A stretch of 31,554 nucleotides of DNA from Oscillospiraceae bacterium (lineage in GTDB: Bacteria; Bacillota; Clostridia; Oscillospirales; Acutalibacteraceae), in NCBI GenBank assembly GCA_902774165.1, contig CACYHJ010000001.1:1-31554 (forward strand). Reading direction: 5' to 3'. Shown here one piece after another: positions 7,754 to 15,171 of this stretch (the first letter of the stretch is position 1; each line of letters starts with the position of its first letter). Below the pieces are notes generated by a model. That model saw nothing but the letters and a program-made list of their open reading frames with translations. It was not told the DNA's origin and made no database searches. The translations under genes were made by a program, and so were the position numbers.

Positions 7754-8449
7754 TCAATACCTCAGCGTCTTTAAATATACTTTATGCTCCCCGCTCACCC
7801 GAAAGCTCTCGACGGCCTTCTGGATCGTTTTGTTGTGCGTCCAGCGGTCGAGGCGGCGTTTTTCGAGGACCGGCACGGTACTGTCGTACTGCTTCGCCAG
7901 TGCCGTGGCGAGATACCACGCCCGCATCATATTGACGTAGTATTCTTCGCTTTCGATCTCCACGGCAAGGTCAAGATATTCCGGCCGGAATTTTTCGTCC
8001 AGAAAATACTTCATCAGGCAGCCGAGGGCGTAACGGACCGTGTAATCCCTGCCGGACGAAAGCCAGCGTCTGACCTCGGTCATCAGTTCCCCGTCCGCTT
8101 TTTTGAACGCCTTCGGTGAGATCGAATCGCAGACCGCCCAGTTGTCCACAAAGGGCAGGAATTCGTCCAGCAGGGCGACGGTCTTCCCGAAGTCCTTTTC
8201 CTCGCTCAGCAGCAGCGCGTGCAAAACGTATTCTTCATTGTAATCGTGCGGCAGGATTTTTATAAATTCTTCTGCAAGCGGCGTGTTTTTCAGCTCCTTC
8301 GCCAGCGCTTTCATGGCGGGAGCTCGCACACCGATCACCCGCTCGGACGGGATATTCGGAATCAGCTTTGCCGTGAACGCCTGATATTCTTCGTCCCGCA
8401 GGGCAAAAAGGCGCTTTTGCACCTCGGCGGCGGCGGAATCTTTGGACAT
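7754..8449 (-). CDS. alkD: DNA alkylation repair protein (AlkD / HEAT-repeat DNA glycosylase family)
   Basis: 231 aa. VIGVRAP, VDNWAVCD, EEYYVNMMRAWYLA, HNKTIQKAVES family motifs; GGAGG RBS. Confidence 0.88.
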   Translation of the reverse strand: MSKDSAAAEVQKRLFALRDEEYQAFTAKLIPNIPSERVIGVRAPAMKALAKELKNTPLAEEFIKILPHDYNEEYVLHALLLSEEKDFGKTVALLDEFLPFVDNWAVCDSISPKAFKKADGELMTEVRRWLSSGRDYTVRYALGCLMKYFLDEKFRPEYLDLAVEIESEEYYVNMMRAWYLATALAKQYDSTVPVLEKRRLDRWTHNKTIQKAVESFRVSGEHKVYLKTLRY

Positions 8450-8480
8450 AAGAAAACCTCCGATCTGTCGTATTTTTTAT

Positions 8481-8500
8481 ATTGCGGAGCCTGCCGCAAT
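8481..8500. promoter_or_regulatory. Palindrome, possible operator
   Basis: ATTGCGG-N6-CCGCAAT touching the -35 of the Sir2 promoter, between divergent genes. Confidence 0.4.
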
Positions 8501-8528
8501 TGACTTTCCGTGTTTTCGTGAATATAAT
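8500..8528 (+). promoter_or_regulatory. Sigma-A promoter of the Sir2 gene
   Basis: TTGACT-N17-TATAAT. Confidence 0.85.
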
Positions 8529-8570
8529 AATGATAGCACAGCTAGAATCAAAAGAAAAGAGGGAGAAATC

Positions 8571-9281
8571 ATGGATAAGATCGAATCCTTTTGCCGTCTG
8601 GTGGGAAACAGCAGCCGGATCGCCTTTCTGACCGGGGCGGGGATCTCCACCGCCAGCGGCCTGGCGGATTTTCGCGGCAAAGAGGGCATGTACAAACGCA
8701 AATCCCCGGTGCCCTACGAGGAGCTGCTGCACATCGACTATTTTGAAAACAACCCGGAGACGTTCTACAAGTATTACAAGGAGTTTCTGATCGTGGGCGA
8801 CGCGAAGCCGAATATCGCCCACAAAAAAATCGCCGCGCTGGGCGACAAGGTCTCGGCGGTTGTGACGCAGAACATCGACGGCCTGCACCAATTGGCGGGC
8901 AGTAAAAACGTGATCGAGATCCACGGCACGACGCTGGAATACTACTGCCTGAAATGCGGAAAACGCTACCCGGAAAAATACATCAAGGAATCCTCCGGCG
9001 TTCCCCGCTGTGATTGCGGCGGGATTCTGCGGCCGGATATCGTGTTCTACGGCGAAATGCTGGACGAGCGGAAGATCTCGCAGTCGGTGAAGGCCATCGG
9101 CGGCTGCGATCTGCTGGTGGTCGTGGGCAGCTCACTGGTAGTCTACCCGGCGGCGGGCCTTGTGCGCTACTGCCCCAACAACGCGAAATTCGTGATTATC
9201 AACTACGATGAAACGCCCTACGATTCCGCCGCGGATCTGGTGATCCACGAGGATATCTCGAAGGTGTTTGAGGCGCTGTGA
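8571..9281 (+). CDS. cobB: NAD-dependent protein deacylase (Sir2/CobB family)
   Basis: GAGISTASGLADFRG, TQNIDGLHQ.AG, EIHG, CxxC...CxC zinc site, RPDIVFYGE, VGSSLVVYPAAGL. ATG at 8571 with GAGGGAG RBS. Confidence 0.93.
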   Translation: MDKIESFCRLVGNSSRIAFLTGAGISTASGLADFRGKEGMYKRKSPVPYEELLHIDYFENNPETFYKYYKEFLIVGDAKPNIAHKKIAALGDKVSAVVTQNIDGLHQLAGSKNVIEIHGTTLEYYCLKCGKRYPEKYIKESSGVPRCDCGGILRPDIVFYGEMLDERKISQSVKAIGGCDLLVVVGSSLVVYPAAGLVRYCPNNAKFVIINYDETPYDSAADLVIHEDISKVFEAL

Positions 9282-9487
9282 TCGTTTGGCGGCGTTCCGG
9301 ATCCCGCCCCCGACGGGTGTGCGGGGACGCCGGGAAGCGCCGAATCATCATATTTTTTAAAAAAATCTGAAAAAGCTGTCACAAATTCCCTGTTTCGCGG
9401 TTTTCTATTAATGGGTGAAGTAAAATGCCTTCGGCGTCTGTTTCGCAGCCCGAGTAAAAACCTGGTCAGTAAATAAATTATGATTCG

Positions 9488-9538
9488 AAAACCCCGGTCG
9501 GGCGTCTGAAATTCAGGCTCCCGACCGGGGTTGTTTTT
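9488..9538. terminator. Bidirectional intrinsic terminator
   Basis: AACCCCGGTCGGG (9490-9502) / CCCGACCGGGGTT (9520-9532), with a T-tract on plus and a shorter one on minus. Confidence 0.85.
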
Positions 9539-9573
9539 ATTACGGCGCGTCCGTACTTCCCGCCCGGCGGCGA

Positions 9574-11838
9574 TCAGCCGAGGTGGAAGGAGAAGGACGG
9601 CAGGGTGATCGTGGGAATCGGCGCCAGCGTAATCGACGGCGACGTCGGCATTGAGATCGAGAATTCCGGAACGGACATCGAGGGGTCGGAGCTGACCTGC
9701 ACGCTGCCGCCAATGGCTCCCGCAAGCCGGTTCGCTTCCCCGCCGTTTTCGTCGATGACCGAGGCGTTTTTCACCGTCACGGAGACGGGAAAAAAGCCGG
9801 AATCGGCGTTGACCCTGAACTTCAGCGTCATGATCACGCCGTTCGCGCCGGAGGGCGCGTCGCCCTCAAACACGGCGCTGCAGACGCCCTCGGCGTCACT
9901 GCTTGTGAAACGAAGCCCTTCCAGCCTGCCGCTGTCCTCCGCGCCCAGAAGCGTCAGCGCGTCGGCGTCGAAGGTAAATTCCAGCGCCAGCGAACGGACG
10001 CCGGGATTGCCGGAAAGATTGACCGCAAGCGCGACCTCGTCGCCTTTTTTCGCCGCAGCGGTCCCGACCGTCACCTTGAACACGCCGTCCGGCTCCGACG
10101 TCCCGGAGGGATCCTCAGCGGTGGGCTGGATTTTCCCTGTGGGTTCCTGCGTAGTTCCGGTCGTACCGGTCGGGTCGGACGCGGATTCCTCCCCGCCGGA
10201 GGGCGCTTCATAGGGCTTAACGGGGTCGATCCGGCTGGCAATGCGCAGCGCCAGACGCGCGTCGGCGGCCTTGATCCTGCCGTCCCCGTCCACGTCCATC
10301 AGCTTCAGCAGGAAGGCGTCGGTTTCCGCCTGGATCCTCGAGGAATGCAGCAGGATTTTTCTTGCGTCGCTCGCCTTGACCTTGCCGTCGTTGTCCGCGT
10401 CGCCGAGCAGGCACGTCTTCCCCTGCGGTACGGCGGCGGTGGTTACCACCGGCGTTTCCTTTTCGATGAAAACGCATTTCCATCCGTTCTCCCGCGCCAG
10501 CGTCGCGAAGGCGCTGTCCGCCTCGCAGTAAACCGTCATCGCCTCAAAGTCGATCGCGCCCCGCGCCGCGTCGGTCACGCTTGCGGGAATCGTGAGGGTT
10601 TTCAGGTTTTTGCAGTCGTCAAAGGCGCCGCAGCTGATGCGCGTCACCGAATCCGGGACGGCATATGTCGAGATACCCTTGTTTTCCGGGAAGCGGAACA
10701 GCTCGCCGCCGTCCTTTGAGAACAGAACGCCGTCGATATCGCAAAGATACGGGTTGTTTTCATCGACCGAGAACGCCTCCAGCAGGGGCATGTTTTCATA
10801 GAACGTTGTGTAATAGTCCAGCGCGCCCTGCCCGGAGTGCACCATATGGAATTGGTCGTCGATCACGATTGTCTTGATCTGACTGAGATACCGGTTCCAC
10901 CCGCGGGATTCATTCTCGTCCGGGATACAGGAAAGCTCGTCCGTGGTTCCGCTGGGGCCGCTGAAGAAAAGGACGCTGCCGTCCAGCCGCCATGACGCGT
11001 TATAGAAGGTCCCGGAATACGGATCCTCAGGCTCTCCGGTTTCCGGCCCGGGATAGGGATAACAGACCGTAATGTCCTGCTGCGATTGAATCATAAAGCT
11101 TCCGCCGGCGGGCCTTTCGGTTCCGTTCCAGCTGGTGAAGGTATAATCAATCGAAGCGGAGCCAACGCCGACGGCCCGGAAGGTCAGCGTCGCGATCGTA
11201 AAGCTGGAGTCTTCCAGACGGTTTGTGAACATTGCCGCGGCGGAGCAGGCGTTTTCCGCGTATCTGTCCCCGACGGCGGGCCCGATTTCACTGTTTGTCT
11301 GAGAAACGTATTCAAGGATCTCCGGGTCCCAGCGGAAGAACACGACGCCGTCCTCAAAGCCGGCCGCGTCGGTCAGGACCGCGGTCAGGGTAAACGTCTC
11401 TCCTTCCGTTACCGCCCCCGGACCGTTCAGGGCAAACGCGTCGCTGCCCTCGACAGGCGCATCGAAATCCGGCAGATGTACAGGGGCGAAACGGGCGGCG
11501 TCTTCCTCATCGAGCAGCGCGCACCGGCGCAGCGCCATGCGGGCGTCCTTCGCTTTGACGTAGTCGTCCCCGTCCAGATCCGCGGCGGTGAGGAATTCGT
11601 CCGGAAGAAACTCCAGCTTCGCGGCCTGCCGCAATATGGCTCTGGCGTCCCCGGAGGTCATCCATCCGTCGCCGTCCGCGTCGCCGGGCTGCGCGCCCTC
11701 CGCCGGCGCCGGAGCGTCAGCGGGCGCGCCGGATTCCCCGCCGTCTGTATTCTGCGCCGCGGCAGAGAACGGGGCGAAGAGACAGGAAAGCAGCGTGAGA
11801 ACCACGCTGAGAAGGATCGCGATTGTTCTTTTTTTCAT
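9574..11838 (-). CDS. Secreted multidomain protein: dockerin - cohesin-like - BspA-type LRR - dockerin - cohesin-like
   Basis: ATG at 11838 (AGGAG RBS 10 nt upstream), 754 aa, Sec signal ending AAA-Q. Dockerins GDADGDG...DARAILR/ADLDGDD...DARMALR (~11509-11685) and GDADNDG...DARKIL/DVDGDG...DARLALR (~10225-10410). Cohesin-like beta-sandwiches at ~11083-11439 and ~9694-10083. LRR_5-like DGVLFSKDG.EL..FP...Y.VPDSVT.I..GAF..C..L..L.IP.SV. Confidence 0.85.
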   Translation of the reverse strand: MKKRTIAILLSVVLTLLSCLFAPFSAAAQNTDGGESGAPADAPAPAEGAQPGDADGDGWMTSGDARAILRQAAKLEFLPDEFLTAADLDGDDYVKAKDARMALRRCALLDEEDAARFAPVHLPDFDAPVEGSDAFALNGPGAVTEGETFTLTAVLTDAAGFEDGVVFFRWDPEILEYVSQTNSEIGPAVGDRYAENACSAAAMFTNRLEDSSFTIATLTFRAVGVGSASIDYTFTSWNGTERPAGGSFMIQSQQDITVCYPYPGPETGEPEDPYSGTFYNASWRLDGSVLFFSGPSGTTDELSCIPDENESRGWNRYLSQIKTIVIDDQFHMVHSGQGALDYYTTFYENMPLLEAFSVDENNPYLCDIDGVLFSKDGGELFRFPENKGISTYAVPDSVTRISCGAFDDCKNLKTLTIPASVTDAARGAIDFEAMTVYCEADSAFATLARENGWKCVFIEKETPVVTTAAVPQGKTCLLGDADNDGKVKASDARKILLHSSRIQAETDAFLLKLMDVDGDGRIKAADARLALRIASRIDPVKPYEAPSGGEESASDPTGTTGTTQEPTGKIQPTAEDPSGTSEPDGVFKVTVGTAAAKKGDEVALAVNLSGNPGVRSLALEFTFDADALTLLGAEDSGRLEGLRFTSSDAEGVCSAVFEGDAPSGANGVIMTLKFRVNADSGFFPVSVTVKNASVIDENGGEANRLAGAIGGSVQVSSDPSMSVPEFSISMPTSPSITLAPIPTITLPSFSFHLG

Positions 11839-11934
11839 TCCATCCATACTCCTTTTTTGCTTTTCCGGATTAACGGCAGGGATCTGCCCGCTCTGCGGGA
11901 AACGTCGTTCCGAAAAGGTTTCTGGCATAAGAAT

Positions 11935-11963
11935 ATTATATCCGATCAGATCCGGAATGTCTA
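11935..11963 (-). promoter_or_regulatory. Sigma-A promoter of the cohesin/dockerin gene
   Basis: TAGACA-N17-TATAAT. Confidence 0.75.
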
Positions 11964-12092
11964 CACCTATCCGTCGGATTTTCAACCGTCCGGAACGAAA
12001 AACGAACCGTTCGGCAGAAACGGAAACGGCCTTCGGACGGCGCATGGCTGCCCGAAGGTCGTTCCTTCTTCCTGTTTTTTCTTTTGCCCGGT

Positions 12093-12202
12093 TCAGCCCT
12101 TCTTCGCGAAGGGGATCATGATTTCCGGCTGTGGGTCGATCCGGGAGGCGATTCTCAGAATCAGCCGCGCGTCGCCGGCATGGCGCGATCCGTTTCATCT
12201 GC
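12093..12202 (-). pseudogene. Decayed half-dockerin relic
   Basis: The minus-strand frame starting at 12179 reads AGDARLILRIASRIDPQPE, 14/16 identical to AADARLALRIASRIDP of the downstream dockerin. The Ca-loop part upstream is broken by a frameshift/stop and there is no start codon. Confidence 0.7.
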
Positions 12203-12211
12203 CGTACAGAC

Positions 12212-12775
12212 TTATGTAAACAAATACCGTCTTTTTTTGAAATAGATCCAGTTGGGCACCACATACACAACGCTGACGAGCACCAAAGCGAGCACCGTTC
12301 CGATAATATTCGAATCAAACGTCATCTCACGCATTGAGGCCGGGAGAATGGCGCTGAGAATGACCGAATACGCCACGGTGACCAAAAGATTCACGGGGAG
12401 CATGACAAGATAAAGGACGACGCCCTTGAACTTATAATTCCACAAAAACTTCTCGGTTAACGCATAAGGGATAATCATGCAGAAGAAGGCGACCGCCATC
12501 CCGATCTCCAGATATTTCAGCTGCGGATATGCAATATAAACCAGCGCGTTCTCCCCGATTCCCTGCGCCGCGGCGGACGCGGTCATCAGATGGCTGACGC
12601 CGTTCCCCGCGCAAAAGAGCATTGCCAGGATCAACTGGACGAAGACAATAAAATGATACCATTTCATGCCGATTCCGGGATTTTTCAGATTCGATGAATT
12701 TCTTGCGGGCGTTTCCTGCGCGGAGTTTTTCGGTTCTTCTTCCGCGACGTTGGCAATGTTTTCATTTTCCTGCAT
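12212..12775 (-). CDS. Membrane protein (about 4 TM segments)
   Basis: 187 aa. Acidic N-terminus followed by four hydrophobic stretches and a basic KKRR tail. Confidence 0.85.
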   Translation of the reverse strand: MQENENIANVAEEEPKNSAQETPARNSSNLKNPGIGMKWYHFIVFVQLILAMLFCAGNGVSHLMTASAAAQGIGENALVYIAYPQLKYLEIGMAVAFFCMIIPYALTEKFLWNYKFKGVVLYLVMLPVNLLVTVAYSVILSAILPASMREMTFDSNIIGTVLALVLVSVVYVVPNWIYFKKRRYLFT

Positions 12776-13002
12776 AATTCACACTTCTTTCTCTTTTTTT
12801 AATATATTATACAATTTTCATCCGAAAAAAGAAATACCGTTCACACCACGGAACTCTGCCGTTCACACAAAAAAACACCGACCGGCGGCGAAAACAATCT
12901 CATTGCGAAAATTTCAATGTTTAAATCTTTTTTCAAGCTTTCCGGGATAAAATGCAGATACTGATCATACAGACACAGAGATCTGACGAAAGGGGAATCA
13001 TC

Positions 13003-15087
13003 ATGAAAAAGGGATTTACACTCCTGATCTCCGCCCTGCTGGCGCTGACGCTGGCGTCCTGCACGACGGTGAAAAACAGCGAAAACGAGCCGACCGCCGC
13101 GGCGGGCGGACAGCCTGTCTCAGACGCAGCCTTTGACCTGACCTTTACCAAAAAGGATCTGGACGGCAGCTTTGACGCGGCAGGCGCGGCGCGGATCACG
13201 TTCACCGATTCCGGCGCGCAGGCCGACGGCAAAGGCGTTTCCGTACAGGGGACGCTGGCAACGGTCAGCGCGGCGGGGACCTATATTATCTCCGGCGAAT
13301 GCGCGGACGGCAGGATCCACGTGGCGGCGGGCGAGAGCGACGACGTCCGGCTGGTGCTGAACGGCCTGACGCTCACCTCCTCCACGTCGGCGATCACAGC
13401 GGAGAGCGCGGACAAGGTGATTATCACCCTTGCCGACGGGACCGAAAACGTCCTGACCGACGCAAAGGACTACACCCTCACCGTGGGCGGCTCCGACGCG
13501 GACGGCGCGATCTTCGCGAAGACGGACCTGACGATCAACGGCGGCGGCGCCCTGACGGTCAACGGCAGCAAGAAGCACGGCGTCGTGACCAAGGACAGCC
13601 TTGCGGTCACCGGCGGAACGATCGCCGTCACGGCGGAAAACGTGGGGCTTTACGGCAAGGACTGCGTTAAGATTGACGCGGCGCAGATCACCGTCAGCGC
13701 GGGAACCGACGCGGTCCGCGCCGATAACGATGAGAAAGCGGACCGGGGCTTTGTTTATATCGCCGGCGGAACGCTGGACCTGACCGCGGGAAGCGACGGG
13801 ATCCAGGCCCAAACGCTGCTGCGCGTTGACGGAGGAGAGATCGGCGCCGTTACCGGCGGCGGCAGCGCCGAAGGCGCGAAGGGACAGCAGAGCCGGGACG
13901 CGTTTGCGGATTTCTTCAATCAGAACAACACCTCCGACGGTTATACCGAATCCACCGGCGGAAAGGGGCTCAAATGCGCCGGCGACGTCACCCTGACCGG
14001 CGGCGCGCTCACCCTTGACTGCGCGGACGACGCCGTTCACGCGGACGGTAGCGTCACGGTCTCTGCGGGACTTTATGAGATCGCCTCCGGCGACGACGGG
14101 ATCCACGCGGACGCGGCGATCGCGATCTCCGGCGGCATGATCGACGTTACAAAGAGCTACGAAGGCCTTGAGGCCGCCGATATCACCATCGACGACGGCA
14201 CGGTGACGATTACCGCCTCCGACGACGGTGTGAATATCGCCGGCGGCAACGATTCCGGCGCGGGCTTCGACCGGTTCAGCGGCGAGGCGGTCACCGACGG
14301 CGCGCTGACGGTCAACGGAGGGTATCTGTACGTCAACGCCTCCGGCGACGGGCTGGATTCCAACGGCAATATCAGCGTCACCGGCGGCACGGTGCTGGTC
14401 AGCGGCCCGGAGAACAGCGGCAACGGCTCGCTGGATTACGCGGGGACCGCCACGATGACCGGCGGCGTGCTGGTCGCGGCGGGCTCCTCCGGCATGGCGC
14501 AGTCCGTCACCGGCAGCGGTCAGGGTTCGATCATGACAAATATCAACCCGCAGCAGGGCGGCGTCAGCGTTGCCCTCACCGACGCGGACGGAGCGGTGCT
14601 CGCGGCTTTCACCCCCGCGAAATCCTATTCCAGCATTGTATTCTGCGCCCCGGGGATCGCCTCCGGGAACAGTTACAGCATCGTGTGCGGCGGAACGGTT
14701 TCCGGCGCGGATGAGAACGGCTTCGCGTCCTCCGGGACGCTGACCGGCGGCACGGTAGCCGCCGAAATCACGATGGATTCCGACAATTACGGCGCCGCCG
14801 GCGGTATGGGCGGCGGCATGGGCGGCGGCCGGATGCCCGGCATGGGTCCCGGCAGAGGCGGCAAGGGCGCACAGGACGGACAGAACGGCAACCGGAACGA
14901 GGGAGAAGCGCCCGCCATGCCCGACGGCTCCCGTCCCGAGCTGCCGGACGGTGAAATGCCCGCCATGCCTGACGGCGCGATGCCCTCCATGCCCGACGGC
15001 TCCCGCCCCGAGATGCCGGACGGCGAAATGCCCGACGGCGCGGCGCCTTCGACGCCCGCATCCTCCGACGGAGGGAATCAGGTATAA
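13003..15087 (+). CDS. Cthe_2159-type carbohydrate-binding beta-helix lipoprotein
   Basis: ATG at 13003 with GAAAGGGG RBS and lipobox LTLAS-C. AGTYIISG, VRLVLNGLTLTS, LADGTEN.LTD and repeated DGIHA/DGLDSNG motifs; Gly/Met/Pro-rich C-terminal tail. Confidence 0.88.
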   Translation: MKKGFTLLISALLALTLASCTTVKNSENEPTAAAGGQPVSDAAFDLTFTKKDLDGSFDAAGAARITFTDSGAQADGKGVSVQGTLATVSAAGTYIISGECADGRIHVAAGESDDVRLVLNGLTLTSSTSAITAESADKVIITLADGTENVLTDAKDYTLTVGGSDADGAIFAKTDLTINGGGALTVNGSKKHGVVTKDSLAVTGGTIAVTAENVGLYGKDCVKIDAAQITVSAGTDAVRADNDEKADRGFVYIAGGTLDLTAGSDGIQAQTLLRVDGGEIGAVTGGGSAEGAKGQQSRDAFADFFNQNNTSDGYTESTGGKGLKCAGDVTLTGGALTLDCADDAVHADGSVTVSAGLYEIASGDDGIHADAAIAISGGMIDVTKSYEGLEAADITIDDGTVTITASDDGVNIAGGNDSGAGFDRFSGEAVTDGALTVNGGYLYVNASGDGLDSNGNISVTGGTVLVSGPENSGNGSLDYAGTATMTGGVLVAAGSSGMAQSVTGSGQGSIMTNINPQQGGVSVALTDADGAVLAAFTPAKSYSSIVFCAPGIASGNSYSIVCGGTVSGADENGFASSGTLTGGTVAAEITMDSDNYGAAGGMGGGMGGGRMPGMGPGRGGKGAQDGQNGNRNEGEAPAMPDGSRPELPDGEMPAMPDGAMPSMPDGSRPEMPDGEMPDGAAPSTPASSDGGNQV
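14911..15039 (+). repeat. In-frame MPDG repeats in the lipoprotein tail
   Basis: Two near-identical 48-bp units (14911-14958 and 14983-15030; P.MPDGSRPE.PDGEM) plus shorter MPDG units. Confidence 0.85.
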
Positions 15088-15104
15088 CCGTAAAACAATA
15101 TAAG

Positions 15105-15159
15105 AAAAAAGACGCAGCGGCGTTCCCGGTATTGCACCGGAACGCCGCTGCGTCCATTT
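15105..15159. terminator. Intrinsic terminator between convergent genes
   Basis: 16-bp perfect stem GACGCAGCGGCGTTCC / GGAACGCCGCTGCGTC; the A6 on plus gives a U6 on the minus transcript. Confidence 0.88.
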
Positions 15160-15171
15160 CAGAAAAACCAT

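Noticed and set aside
8571-9281. Sir2 as an anti-phage effector (Thoeris/DSR-type)
   Set aside because: It is a standard-length CobB-type deacylase with a zinc-binding insert and the catalytic His, and has no defence partner genes.
11839-12318. 160-codon N-terminal extension of the 914-aa ORF, or a -1 frameshift fusion of the membrane protein to the cohesin/dockerin protein at the A7 run
   Set aside because: The extension is Arg-rich and not protein-like. A good promoter, RBS and signal peptide lie inside it at 11963-11838. The A-run is not in the canonical X XXY YYZ frame, and long open frames are common at this GC content.
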